The notes: a model not told the origin generated them from the sequence alone. Shown: positions 11,262-26,033, counted from the first letter of the stretch. The stretch: DNA of 64,000 nt from Eledone cirrhosa (GCA_964016885.1 OZ024746.1:69440001-69504000); one strand, 5' to 3'. Program-made: numbers and translations.

Positions 11262-11379
11262 TGTAACGTTTTTTTTTTCGAAATATTTACTTCTGTGTTC
11301 ACAGATTGAATTTTTTTAGTTTCAGAAGATCCCGTTAAGGGTGAAGGCAGCGGTTCTTTGCTTAAACTTTAATCTGTTA

Positions 11380-11427
<48 letters not shown>

Positions 11428-11874
11428 TATATTTGTGTACAGATATTTTTGCATACACAAAAACAAAATATAAACAGCAGCAAAAACAACAAAAAAGAGA
11501 GGGAACGCAATTACATGCTTTTGAAAAATCGTAATGCAAAATGATTTGCCTATTCACCCAAGGCGACTTCACTTTTCATTAGCTGTAACTATTGCTTTCA
11601 TTGTACCATAGCACAACAAATACATGTTCGGTTTCTCGAATGCCTTTTTACTTAACCCTATCCTCTTGGCTTTCGTGGGTTGAACATTTTACTCTCAGGC
11701 ACCCAATTAAGTTAAACCCCTGGTAATCTAAGACGAATTTTTGTTATAAGCACAACATGTAGACACCTTTCCCAGGCCGAGGTATTCCGTACTTCTCTGT
11801 ACTGTTTCAGAAAGGAGGGATAAACATACTAATCTATGTTTAGAATCCCGAGCAAGGCCGGGCCATTCTGCTAG
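10726..11874 (+). mobile_element. Non-autonomous Helitron carrying (TCTG)n and a hammerhead fragment
   Basis: A|TCTATATATC 5' end, subterminal hairpin cccgagcaaggccggg, CTAG|T 3' end; second copy on minus strand 44361-46610. Confidence 0.85.
11301..11376 (+). ncRNA. U4A hammerhead copy C inside the Helitron (A15.1 changed to G)
   Basis: acagattga..agttt CAGAAGA tcccgttaagggt GAAG gcagcggttctttgc TT aaact ttaatctgt. Confidence 0.55.
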
Positions 11875-12576
11875 TAATTCTATAAAATAGAATTATATAT
11901 ATGCTTATGACCGCCCACGTGCGCGCACGCCCCCCTCCCCCACACACACATGGATAGGTAGATTGATAGATGTGTGTGTGTGTGTGTGTGCATTGCTTTT
12001 GTTTCCCAACCTATCATGTCTTACTAATTTTACACGGACGTTTAAACTGATTAAATGAATAAATAGATTGACATGTCCTGCGTTGTCAATCAGCAACTCA
12101 CTTGGTTCAGTTCAGATAATTGTCGTTCTATCGCTTCTCTCCACGCCTGGTCATAAAACTGGTAAGTTATCTCCCTTACATTTAAAAAAATGACTGGGTT
12201 GTCTGTCCTTACAATTCAACAATCGCAGAGCCAGCGACAGAAAGCTTTTAACGTAGGCATGTTCAACAACAGCAATGAGTGAATGTGATTGATCCATCAG
12301 AAATCACAATTAAATATCCACTCAGGAAGTGTATTGTTTTCTTGTGCAAAATACTTACTTCATGTTGCTCCTTCTACCAGGAGTCACAAGTGATAGGTAG
12401 TATCCGCAAGGGAAAGACCAATGGAAACATAGTTTCCTTGGTTTGATTTGCTGATCAGCTCTGTTTTATTTTTATCCAAGCACAACAACTCCAAGTTTGC
12501 TGACACATATCACAACTCGTTTCCTCAGACTCACATTTTGATAGATGTTAGTGTGTGTAGAGAGAGAGAGAGAGGG

Positions 12577-12610
<34 letters not shown>

Positions 12611-12627
12611 AGAGAGAGAGAGAGAGA

Positions 12628-12856
12628 GGGTAAGATTGGAAATAGCACGGAAAATATATTTAAGGGCCTGTTTTTCTTTTTTTACTAACACATCGAAGCC
12701 GGTTATACTTTATATACTTTATATACTTTATAAACATTATAAAACTCATTTTAAAAAGAATTGTCCCTCTTTGACGAATCAAAGAAAGGGAAAAATTGAA
12801 AAACAGACCCTTAAATATATTTTCCCTGCTATTCCAAGCTATTTCCAATCTGACCC
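12628..12856. mobile_element. MITE-like element with long imperfect inverted ends
   Basis: gggtaagattggaaatagc..ggaaaatatatttaaggg..ctgtttttc inverted as gaaaaacagacccttaaatatattttccc..gctatttccaatctgaccc. Confidence 0.6.
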
Positions 12857-12897
12857 TTTCTCTATAACCACTGTTTTGTATAGAACCTTACTTCCCT

Positions 12898-12947
<50 letters not shown>

Positions 12948-13016
12948 AGAGTCAGGACCCCGACAGCTGAGCTCCGGTCGTTTTGACAGCTAGATCCGAA
13001 CGAGTATATATATATT

Positions 13017-13079
<63 letters not shown>

Positions 13080-13084
13080 GAACA

Positions 13085-14130
13085 GCAAAAGGTATTCAGA
13101 GAACAAACACCCTTCAAGCGAGTGTTTCGGCCCTTCATACACTTTAAGGGGGCCAGGGCCGCAAAACCAGGTCATGACACCTGAGTGCCCCTCTGCTGAC
13201 ATTTAACCATTCGGAGACTTGCTGTGTATTTAAACTGCATGGAGATTTTGTTGACATGATCTGGCTGGAATTCATCTCCGTTACCGCTGCTTTCAAACTT
13301 ATATTTAGATGCTTTCTTGAATTGGAAAAATAACGTTGGTAGTCATGGTAACGGTTAGATGTCAACAGTATCCCGTCACCGCCGCCAACACTAAAAACTA
13401 TGACTTGCTCAGAGTTACTTCCCTTACTATGCGTTAAAATACAAACAGTATGCTTCTGACGTGGTATGAAAGTTGGTTTTGTTCCTCCTCGACCAGATCC
13501 AGCTGGTACTCATTTCACCTGCCTCTGATATTGTCTTTAGGGCTTCGGTCCTCGTCTTCCCAGAGACTGTAAATTGTTTCATAAGATTGTAGTTAGATTT
13601 GTTACAAAACCTCTGGTTCCAACCTTTGACGAGAACTTTGACTCGGACGTCGGCTTCTTCCAGACTGTTGGTCAAACTGGCGTATTTTTCGGTCTTACAG
13701 ACGTGTGCTTCTTCTCATCTTATTTCAAATGACACCGTATATTCAATCAAAACCAGCTGTTTTGATGAACAGGAATGGAGTACGATATCCGGCCTCAAAC
13801 CCCTGTTTCTGATGATTTCTGGTTGTTTTGCTGATCCTGTGAGGTCTGCTGTACAGTCACAGTCGTCCGCACCACTCAGAAGACTCAATTCCCGTACTTA
13901 TCACATGTACGATCTCTTTCAGCACTTATTGTGTCTCCACGTGTATCTACCCTGGGATAGTGCTACTCTGCATGAGCTCAGAACGTGTTCCACTGTCTAC
14001 CCTGACAGAGTTGACACTCGGGTTTATCTGCTTTGCCCCACTTGACTAAATTCGTATTCGGGGGCAGGAAATCATAGACACACCTGAGGAGAAACTGATT
14101 CTGAGAGGCGCCATAATCCACACACTCCAC
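13085..14130 (-). pseudogene. HERO-like RLE LINE 3' fragment (CCHC knuckle plus PD-(D/E)XK nuclease) and 3' UTR
   Basis: Manual minus-strand translation: KWGKADKPECQLCQG..EHVLSSCRVALSQGRYTWRHNK; LRPDIVLHS..QLVLIEYTVSFE..EEAHVCKTEKYASL; ends SWIWSRR; 3' end in (CT)n. Confidence 0.8.
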
Positions 14131-14172
14131 TTATATATATATATATATATATTACCCGAATTACTTGATCGT

Positions 14173-14203
<31 letters not shown>

Positions 14204-14360
14204 CTATGCGAATGATTGTTTAACTATCGTCTCAGTGTGTTTGGCCTTTAACGTTTGTTATAGCTCTGGTTCATCTGAATCATTGAGCACTTGCCGCACA
14301 TCTCGGAGGTTGTTTTTCGTTATTTCGTGGGCCGAAATGCGGATCTCGATAATTTATGTT

Positions 14361-14393
<33 letters not shown>

Positions 14394-14594
14394 TTAGTTA
14401 TACTATTTATGGTTATGTAAACACAAAACCTTAAGCAGTTGTAAGTATTTTACACACACCCTAAATAGTGGTAGGCAGTAATGTATTACTACCTTATTAC
14501 CAGTAAGTTAAGTAGCTCAATGTAAAAACATCAGATGATTTACAGAGCAGTTATATGAAATATAAGAATCAAAGAACTGTTCAAAACATTATTG

Positions 14595-14641
14595 TGCTTA
14601 CAGCTGTTTCCTCCAAACCGAGGTTTGGATTCTTCGGAGCA
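14595..14641 (-). ncRNA. Minimal type I hammerhead, U4C variant
   Basis: Minus strand UGCU CCGAAGA A-UCCAAAC-CUCG-GUUUGGA-G GAAA CAGCUG UA AGCA; 7-bp stem II, palindromic stem III ACAGCUGU. Confidence 0.65.
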
Positions 14642-14989
14642 ATTTATTAATGCATGGACAGTTATATGACCTCCTTTTCAGCCGAGAGACATACCAACAC
14701 ATATTCAAACATTGATACATATTCAAACATTGTGGGTCAACATTCATTACAGAATTTAGATTGGCAGTACACACTTTGAGATTACATTTATATTAATAGG
14801 TACAATCAAAAATCAAAGATATAGGTTAAAGTACAACATGAAGATAAGTGGTTATATAGTGCAAATGTTATATGTGTGGCACGCATGTGCGTCTTGTTTA
14901 TATAGTGTGGCAGAGAGATATGTGTGGTAGAGGCACTTAGGTAGGTAAATAAGAGTGTTAGGTTGGTAGATCTATATATATATATATAT

Positions 14990-16280
14990 ATCCTGCAAAG
15001 CGGGCTAGCTTCCTCCTTGTCAATATGATGTTTCATCCACTTTGTTCTAAGAGCTTGCTCCTGTGCAGCCAGTAGCATTCCCCCAGAAGCTTTCTTGAGG
15101 TCCTTATTTTTTAACCAGTCCCATGTCTGCAGATCTCTAAATTCTGTTTTCTTAAAGAAGACGCAACGAAGAGCTTTTTCATTCAGGTAATTCTTCCTCC
15201 TCGTCATTACTTCCTTCTTGTGCATCCCCTGGTCTATTGTCTGCTCCTTCAATATAGCCTTAAGCATTGGCTTGTTACTCATGGACACATATTTATACAA
15301 ACCGCTTTTCTCCATCTGAAGTCCTCCACGCTCATAAGACCTTTCCCGTCTTCAGCTCTCCTTACGCACAGTCTATCAACACCCCCTCCTTATGAAACAT
15401 ACTGTAGGTAGTCATTAATTTCCTTGTCTTTCTATCTAGTTCTTTCTGTTCATTTAAGAATTCCCGCACTAAACCTAATAATAGACACAGCTCAGGAATG
15501 TATTTCACTCATGACATTTCTACTATTCAGGTGTGATTTCAGTACATTTCTCACTCTCCTTACGTATTCAGGCCTTATCCTCCCCATCGTTTATTTTTTG
15601 TCCTTGGTGTTATCTTCTTCCATGATATCCAAATACCTATATCCTTCCTCAGTGTCAATCTCCTTTATCACCTTACCCGTTGGTATCTTGATTCCTTTGT
15701 TTCTTTTCAATTTGCTCCCTTTCATCACTAGGACTCCACACTTATTAATACTAAATTCCATACAAATTTCATTACTGAAAATACAAACAGCATTAACAAG
15801 TATATCTAGCTCCTCATTGTTCCCGAAGAGTTTTAGGTTATCCCTGAAAAGGAGGTGATTGATGGTAAGTTCTCTTTTTCCCAGTTGCTATCCAGCCTTC
15901 ACTCTTCTCAATACATGGGAAAGTGTAAGGACAAACAACAAAGGAGAGAAACTATCTCCTTGGAAGATACCTCTTCTCAAGGATTCTCCCCCAGATATTA
16001 ATTCTGTCTCTCAGTTCTTCATGCTATTACTTAATAGCAGTCTGATGTTGTCGGCCATCTTGAATATATCTAGACACTTGGTTATCCAAGAATAAGGAAC
16101 CATGTCGAATGTCTTCTTGTAGTCAATCCATCCCATAGCAATGCTAGTATGTCTCCTCTTGCAGTTCCTTATCATCTTATCAATAAGTAACTGGCCCTTT
16201 GTACCACAGGACAACTTTCGGTATCCTTTCTGTTCCTCCGGCAATAAGTTGTTTATGTTAAGTTGGTTGTAGATTCCATT
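14990..16280 (-). pseudogene. R4/Dong-clade LINE RT fragment
   Basis: [29 protein letters not shown] (16011..16310), RRGIFQGDSFSPLLF near 15950, LLAAQEQALRT..PLCRI (14806..15315). Confidence 0.85.
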
Positions 16281-16282
16281 AT

Positions 16283-16735
16283 TATACGGCCCTTTATGAT
16301 CCGAGTTCAAATCCCGCCGAGGTTAACTTTGCCTTTCTTCGTTACGGGGTCGATTAAATAAAGCACCATTAATGCGCTGGGGTAATTGCTGGCCTTGTGC
16401 CAAAAGTAGAAACATTATTATAACTTTGCCTTTCATCCTTACGGGGTCGATAAAATAAAGCACCAGTAATGCGCTGAGGTAATTGCTGGCCTTGTGCCTA
16501 AAAATAGAAACAATTATTATTATTATTGATATTTAAAGAGCGGTGGATTGTCAGTATCGGTAGAGGGTCGAGCGCTATGCTTTGAAGCATAGAGTTACCT
16601 CCCTTTATGAGCTGAGTTCAAATCCCGCCTAGGTTAACTTTGCCTTTCATCCTTACGGGGTCGATAAAATAAAGTACCAGTAATGCACTGGGATAATTGC
16701 TGGCCTGGTGCCAAAAAGTAGAAACAATTATTATT
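16283..16735 (+). mobile_element. Three tandem family A SINE copies
   Basis: Repeated gttcaaatcccgcc..ggccttgtgcc..agaaaca(att)n units. Confidence 0.8.
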
Positions 16736-16749
16736 GATATTTTTACTTG

Positions 16750-18432
<1,683 letters not shown>

Positions 18433-18758
18433 CTTGCACACTCTATTATTATTGTCTCAAGTTTTCACAAAATGTTTAATTCCAATATTAATAAAAATAT
18501 GTCAACACATATATTAAACATACGCGACTAACCGCATAGATTCACCGATCAAACAAACTACAGTCTATTCAACAAAACTCAGTAACGACAACACCATCAC
18601 TATTGTCACCGCCGCCACCACCCCATCCATCATTGCTACCACTATCCCATCACCGCCGCCACCACTCCTTCATTGCTACCACCGCTATTCCCCCATTACC
18701 TTCTGTTAACTTACAAAAGGGGAAGGTGGCGGTATCACTAAACAATATTAATAAACAA

Positions 18759-18803
<45 letters not shown>

Positions 18804-18804
<1 letters not shown>

Positions 18805-18977
18805 GTGGTCTTTTAATGTCCCTCGGAAGTCTCCCCCCTATTGGGGAATTTTTCTTTGTTATTTTATTACATCCTCTGTTTTTTTACACGCAGAAATGCC
18901 CATTTGTACCGTCCTGTATTGTCCTGTACTGTCCTTAATGTCTACTTTATGTAAACCCTTGTGGTTAATAAAGAAAA

Positions 18978-18978
<1 letters not shown>
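18804..18978 (+). mobile_element. Solo 3' UTR fragment of the Tx1-like LINE
   Basis: Matches 24097-24292 (AATAAA, ATT tail); flanked by (ATT)n on both sides. Confidence 0.85.
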
Positions 18979-19041
<63 letters not shown>

Positions 19042-19254
19042 GGCGACCTACGTAGTAAATCGTACTATCGTGAGCTCCGCAAAGGTTTGTTATTTTCAGT
19101 TGTTTAAAATTGCCATTTATGGAAAATTTTATTGTTAACAGTATATAAGTGCACATACATTGTTTTCTGAAAAGAACACTCAAAAAGATTGGGGTCTTGA
19201 GCCCAAAATTTAAACTTTTATAATTATCAAACAAAGATTTTTCTTTGAAAAATC

Positions 19255-21178
19255 ATGGACGACTCACAGTCACACCTTCCTCACAAACTAACACCTCACA
19301 CCGACACCACCATTGTAAATATTACTACGTTTGCCAATACTAAAAATATAAGCAGTAGCAATATTTTAAATTTGTCTCAGGCAGACATTCATTTCCCGCC
19401 ATTACCAATGACTGCAGGTGTTAAAGCCGCCACCCCCACCACCACTACCGCAACAACAGAAACAAAAGAAAAAAATAAATTAACTCGTGATATCGAAATG
19501 AATTCAACCAAAATGAACTCTTCCACACCGAACACCACTGACGCCACCACCACCACAACTGAAACTAAAATTAACAATAACAAAAATAACGATAACAACA
19601 ACAGCAACAATGAAATTAAGAAAACCACCCTGAGTTTTGCCAGAGTAGCAAAAAAGTGCGAAGCATTACAGGTAACTCAGGAGGAATTAGAAGAAGCCAA
19701 AAAAATTGTAAAGAAAGATGGGTACAGGATCAGCCTTACCCCCCCCCACTTAATAAAATGGAGCATCGGCGCCTATGCACCGTGTCTTATCGGACGATTA
19801 ACGTAAAATCGCGCCGAGTGGAACGGGCATCCGAGTCCCAAATCCAAAAAGCTTTGGGACATGTGTGGGCAAAAATACCCCACATCAGACGTGGGCAGAA
19901 ATATGGAACCGTGGACGTGTTCTTTGGAACACCACAGGAGGCCAGAGAACACTCCATGGCCCCATTAAGAAGTGACGACTTCACACTCGTCCCAAGCTAT
20001 TGTGGCCAGAGACTCGTGAAGATCAGGGTGACCCACGTTCCACCGGCCATCGAAATTCCCTGGCTAATGGCTGCCGTCCTCGGCGGCATCGAGGCCAACA
20101 CCAAGATAATCGAAATAGCGAAAGAAAAGCAGAACTGGTCCGGATCTGGGATGGAGCTCCTGATCCAAGCGGACCAAAAAAGCACTGAGGAGATCCCAGA
20201 GGTAATAGACCTCACTGACGGCAGCCACCTCACCGTAATCGTCGAGGGCAGAAGGCCTAGGTGTGTCGTTTGTGGTGAAGGAACCCACTTAAGGGCTTTC
20301 TGCTCTCAGGCTAAAAGGTTGAGGCCACCTCTCTTACCCACCCCAGTGACTCAACCATCAACACCACCAGCAGCAGAAATGGCAGCAACAACTGTAGCAG
20401 CAACAACAGAAGCAACTGTAACAGCAACAACCCCAGCAACAGTAGCAATACCAACACCACCACCACCCAACGCGCCAGAACTAGCACCAGCGCCTACACC
20501 ATCTACAACGCCACAACCAAAACCAACGCCTGTGGAAGATTTTCCACTCCCCGACCTATCGCAACTGGAGACAGATTGTGACGACGAGGAGTGGGAAACG
20601 GTATCAGGAAAAAGAAAAAAAGAAGCCAAAAAAGAAAAAATTCTCTTCCTTCCCCCTCCAAAAACAAAATACAGAGGGAAACAAATAAACTATCAAACAA
20701 AAAAATTAGGACAGCTATGCCACCATCCACACCAGCATCACCAACCCCATCACCACAAACACCAACACCATCACCATCATTAACCCCAACACCACCATCA
20801 CCAACACCACAAAAGTCACCAAAAAGCGAAACAGAAACAAACCCACAACAAACGCAAACAAAACAAAACAACCAAAACGATACACACTACACAGCATTAA
20901 ATTTGAACAACAACCAATTATTACACTACATCAAACACAACACCAGCATCACAGAAAAAGACTACACAACACCCCAAAAGTTCACACCACCTCCACACAT
21001 ACAAATCACTCGCATCACACAGAAAACGTACACGACACTAAAACAAAAATTCCCCAAAGACATCGGAGACTTCCGACAAGCACTCTCCAGGAGGATTTAT
21101 AAGGACATCCTTCCGGAGGAGGCTACAAGTAGTGAAAAGGATGCAGAAACCATCATTCCTCTACGAGAAGTAAGGTAA
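19255..21178 (+). pseudogene. Tx1-like ORF1 (gag-like, CX2CX4HX4C knuckle), frameshifted
   Basis: SFARVAK motif, RRM-like VKIRVTHVPPAI, VEGRRPRCVVCGEGTHLRAFC, Pro/Thr-rich tail with EWETVSGKRKK; split over three frames. Confidence 0.8.
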
Positions 21179-21212
21179 GTGGTTTTTCCCATCTTTTCCA
21201 CTCCATTTCAAC

Positions 21213-24044
21213 ATGACCTCACTCGGAATAGGCAGCATAAATGCGCGTGGCTTGGGGTCGTCATGGAAGCAGGGCCACCTGCTCAACGACCTCAGGTCAC
21301 TAAACATAGATGTAGTGGCCATCAGCGAGACCAGAATCTCCAAACCTCGGGCCTTCGCACCGATCTTCGGCGGCTACGATGTGTACGCATCTCCCAGCCG
21401 TCCTGGATCGGGGGGAGGAGTTGCTGTGCTTTTACGGAGAGGTTTGGATCTCGCCATACGGGACATCTTCCTGGATCCAGAAGGTAAGTTGGTGGTGCTG
21501 GACGTGACCAGCGGAGACTGGCAAGCTTTCAGGCTAGTGGCCGTCTATGCCCCGACAGGAGCAGGGCGGCCTGATTTCTTCCGGCGTCTAGAGACCTTTC
21601 TTGGAACGTCCCGCTCTTTAGTGTTAGTGGGCGACTGGAACGTGATCTTAGATGCACGCTAGGACTGTGTGGGATTAGCGGATAGGGGAGGAGGGTGCAA
21701 GAGTCTCACCAACCTGCTCAGATGTTTTGAACTGTCTGACAGTTACCGATTGGATTTCCCGAATGTGACAATGTGGACTTGGACAAATCGCATAGGGTCA
21801 TCCAGATCATATCTAGATAGAGTATTTTGTAGGGAAATAAATAGGTCTAGCATAGGCTGTCCACAATTCAAGATAGTCAGCTACACGGACCACAAATTCG
21901 TGATCTGTGTGCTTGACTTAGATAGGCTTCATAGACGAGGACCCGGCTACTGGAAGCTAAACGTGTCCTTACCAGCGCGCAAGGCCTACAGAGACCGGAT
22001 TAGCGAACTAGTTAAGCGGGCATTGACGGGGCCCATCGTCAACAACATGTGGTGGTTTGCTCTGAAAAGAGCGATTAGAATAGAGTCCATTAGGTTTAGT
22101 AAGGCTTTAGCTATAGAGAAAAATAGAGTAGAGGGAGAAATAGTTAGAAAATTAGGCGAGGCGCTTAGCAAAGGCATCGCGACCGACGTACTTGCGGCGA
22201 AATTGGCCCTTCACCAATTCTTCAATGCAAAGCACGAAGGTTGCGTTGTCAGAGCTAGGGTGCGTGCTCTCAGACACGAGGGGACGAAAGCCGTTCAATG
22301 GGCCCGAGTGGCGGAGGCGCGTCGTGGCAACAAAGCCACGATCCGGTCTTTGGTGGACCACGACGGGCGCATGCTACTCGATCCCGGGCAAATGTGTGAA
22401 GCTTTTCAGCGACACTTCGCACAGCTGTTCGGGGGCAGCGGCGGGCCGGATCGAGCGATGGACTTTAGTGTCTACCGCGACGGACTGCCGCGGCTCTCGG
22501 CCACTGAGGGGGAGTGTTGCGAAAAGCCGATAACAGCCGCTGAAGTACGGGAGGCAATGACTGGCTGCACAAGGGGTAAATCGCCTGGTTTGGATGGTCT
22601 GCCCTATGAACTTTACGTACAGATGCCAGACTTGTTCGGAGGCGGACGTCGACTGCAACTGGCAACAGAACGGGAGAATTCCCAGCTCTGTGAGCCGAGG
22701 AGCTGTGGCGCTGCTGAGAAAGGATCCGAACAAGGGGATAACAGATAATTTCGGGCCCATAACTCTGCTAAACACAGAGTTCAAGATTTTGGCCAAGGTG
22801 CTAGCAAAAAGGTTGGCGCTTGTTGTTGGTGGTCTGGTGGGAGAGGCGCAGACATGCGCCATTCCCGACAGATCCACCCACGACAACCTCCACCTCATAC
22901 GATACATCGTAGAGAGGGTAGCTAGGGAACCTGGAACGTTGTGGTCCTTGATCAATTTAGATAAGTCGAAAGCTTTCGATAGGGTCGACCATCGTTACCT
23001 AGCGGCAGTCCTGAGGGCGGCTGGCTTTGGGCCCGTCTCCAGAGGTTGGATCGCTGCCATGCACAGCGACATCTGCTCTGTGGTGAGAGTGAACGGTCAC
23101 CTTTCGGAACCGATCAACATCATGCGCTCGGTCCGCCAAGGATGTCCCCTCTCGTCCCTCTTGTACGTATTGACTCTCGAGCCATTACTGCACAAACTGG
23201 AGACGTTGAGGGGGATGCCGCGCGAACTAGGATGCGGAAGATCCGTGTCAGCATATGCGGACGATGTCACCGTAGTGGTGTCGAACGCCAAACCCATCGA
23301 GGCGATCGGCACTACACTAAGAGAATACAAAGCAGTGACAGGAGCAATGATCAAACAGGAAAAGTCAGTGGGCCTGCAGCTCGGCACCTGGAGAGGCAGG
23401 TCCATGCCGTCCAACAGCGTCGTCGGGCGCTGGACGGGCGGACCAGTTAAATTGCTAGGGGTCTGGTTCGGTCCGGACCTCCAGACGGACAAAAACTGGG
23501 ACGAGGTGACGAGCAGGGTGGCTTCTCTCACCCAGAAATGGGCCGAGAGGAAGCTATCCCTGAAAGATCAAGTGGAGGTGGCTAACGCGTATATCGCGTC
23601 CGTCATCTACTACCACCTGACCGTCGTACCTTGTCCTAAGCCCCGCCTGACTGCGCTGGAGCGTTTGCTCTTTCGCTTCTTGTGGAAGGTACACGCTCCG
23701 ATGGTCAGGCGGTCCACCTGCTGTCACGTGTAGGACGGATCCGGCTATCAGCTGAGTCCATCGTGAGGATTGCCCCGCCCTCTTCCTTTAGCCGGGAAGG
23801 GCAGGCAGTTTTTATCTGTCTGGTGGCCATGGCGAAAGAGATAGTATGGTGGACACGTTTGAAAGGGCTGAAGACGAGCACTTACCTCTTCGGTGATGCC
23901 CTGATTGACCTTTTCAAATTTCATTTGAAAAGGAAAATCAGGGTAGAGAGGGAAGTGCTCTCTTCCCAGCATTTTGTTGAAAGATGGGTGAGAGAAGCAA
24001 GAATGGCCCGAGTGAATGGGCCTACTCTGAGTATGTGTCTGTAA
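21213..24044 (+). pseudogene. Tx1-like ORF2 (APE endonuclease plus reverse transcriptase)
   Basis: SINARGL, ISET, VYAP, GDWN, SYLDR, TDH; KSPGLDGLPYE, PITLLNTEFKI, LDKSKAFDRV, RQGCPLS, YADD; in-frame TAG at 21660, frameshift ~22645, internal deletion at ~23725. Confidence 0.9.
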
Positions 24045-24428
24045 ATTAAAGGTGGAAAACTGGGAGAGGGCACTTGCCCTGGTGGTCAGGGTCACTGTGG
24101 CCTTTTAATGGGCTTTCTCCACAAATGTCCCTCCGAAGTCTCCCCCCTATTGGGGAATTTTTCATTGTTATTTTTATTACATCCTCTGTTTTTGTTTTTT
24201 ACACGCAGAAATGCCCATTTGTACCGTCCTGTATTGTCCTTTACTGTCCTTAATGTCTACTTTATGTAAATCCTTGTGGTTAATAAAGAAAGTATTATTA
24301 TTATTATTGCCTTTCATCCTTACGGGGTCGATAAAATAAAGTACCAGTAATGTACTGGGTAATTGCTGGCCTTGTGCCTACAGTAGAAACAATTATTATT
24401 ATTATTATTATTATTTGGCGTTCGACAT

Positions 24429-25977
24429 ATCGAGGCGATCGGCACTACACTAAGAGAATACGAAGCGGTGACAGGAGCAATGATCAACCAGGAAAAATCA
24501 GTGGGCCTGCAGCTCGGCACCTGGAGAGGCAGGTCCATGCCGTCCAACAGCGTCGTCAGGCGCTGGACGGACTGACCGCTTAAATTGCTAGGGGTCTGGT
24601 TCGGTCCGGACCTCCAGACGGACAAAAACTGGGACGAGGTGACGTGCAGGGTGGTTTCTCTCACCCAGAAATGGGCCGAGAGGAAGCTATCCCTGAAAGA
24701 TCAAGCGGAGGTGGCTAACGCGTACATCGCGTCCGTCATCTACTACCGCCTGACCGTCGTACCTTGTCCCAAGCCCCGCCTGACTGCGCTGGAGCGTTTG
24801 CTCTTTCGCTTTTTGTGGAAGGGACGCGCTCCGATGGTCAGGCGGTCCATCTGCTGTCAACACCCGCTACCTGGAGGGCTGGGCATGCCGTGGCAGATGA
24901 AGCGTAGACACGCGCTCAGGCTACGACATCTCCACCTCTTCCTCGACGGTGATCAGGTTTGGTCGCCGTTTGCTAGACACCTCTTTCTCCAGCTCGTCTC
25001 CTTGACGGAGCTGCAGTCCTGGGTCAAGCGAAGACCGAGAGGGAGCGCTTGGAGACTGGAATGTCTTCAGGCGCTCACAGCCCTCGACCAATCGGGCAAT
25101 GTGATCGTGGAAACTCCACCTTGGCGTTCTATAGAGGATTAATGGAGGGGAGGAGCGACGACGCACTTGGAGAAACTCTAGGCGTCGACGAAAATCAACT
25201 AGCCAATCTCTTCGGAAGGACTTTCGGGCCGGGGCCTATGGACAACTTCCAGAAATCCCTGGCCTGGCAGTGCTACCGAGGAGCTTTCCCAGTTCGGGAT
25301 AAACTCTACAGGCATGGAGATGCCGTCAGCCAGGCATGTTCGAGATGCGCACAGGGCGACGAAACCGTCCTACGCGCACTCGTCCAGTGTTCGAGCATTG
25401 CTGACTTGTGGGTTTATGTCGAACACCTGCTGTCACATGTAGGACGGATCCAGCTATCAGCTGAGTCCATCGTGAGGATTGCCCCGCCCTCTTCCTTTAG
25501 CGAAAGAGATAGTATGGTGGACACGTTTGAAAGGGCTGAAGATGAGCACTTACCTCTTCGGTGATGCCCTGATTAACTTTTTCAAATTTCATTTGAAAAG
25601 GAAAATCAGGGTAGAGAGGGAAGTGCTCTCTTCCCAGCATTTTGTTGAAAGATGGGTGAGAGAAGCAAGTATGGCCCGAGTGAATGGGCCTACTCTGAGT
25701 ATGTGTCTTTAAATTAAAGGTGGAAAACTGGGAGAGGGCACTTGCCCTGGTGGTCAGGGTCACTGTGGCCTTTTAATGGGCTTTCTCCACAAATGTCCTT
25801 CGGAAGTCTCCCCCCTATTGGGGAATTTTTCATTGTTATTTTTAATACATCCTCTGTTTTTTTTACACGCAGAAATGCCCATTTGTACCGTCCTGTATTT
25901 CCTGTACTGTCCTTAATGTCTACTTTATGTAAACCCTTGTGGTTAATAAAGAAAGCATTATTATTATTATTATTATT
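24429..25977 (+). mobile_element. 5'-truncated second copy of the same Tx1-like LINE
   Basis: Near-identical to 23296-24292 and retains the C-terminal CX2C..H..C region missing from copy 1; (ATT)n at both ends. Confidence 0.9.
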
Positions 25978-26033
25978 ATAAAGTACCAGTAATGCACTGG
26001 GTAATTGCTGGCCTTGTGCCTACAGTAGAAACA

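Larger units (their letters stand above)
19042..24309 (+). mobile_element. Near full-length Tx1/L1-clade non-LTR retrotransposon, inactivated
   Basis: 5' UTR, ORF1, ORF2 (APE endonuclease, RT), 3' UTR with AATAAA at 24282 and (ATT)n tail; both ends in (ATT)n. Confidence 0.9.

Noticed and set aside
21986-23531. Antisense ORFs overlapping the Tx1 ORF2 (also around 45178-49578)
   Set aside because: Expected shadow ORFs of GC-rich coding sequence; no recognisable motifs
18804-24292. LTR retrotransposon suggested by direct repeats flanking the 5-kb element
   Set aside because: The repeats are LINE 3' UTR fragments with AATAAA and ATT tails; no TG..CA, PBS, protease or integrase; ORF2 is APE-RT
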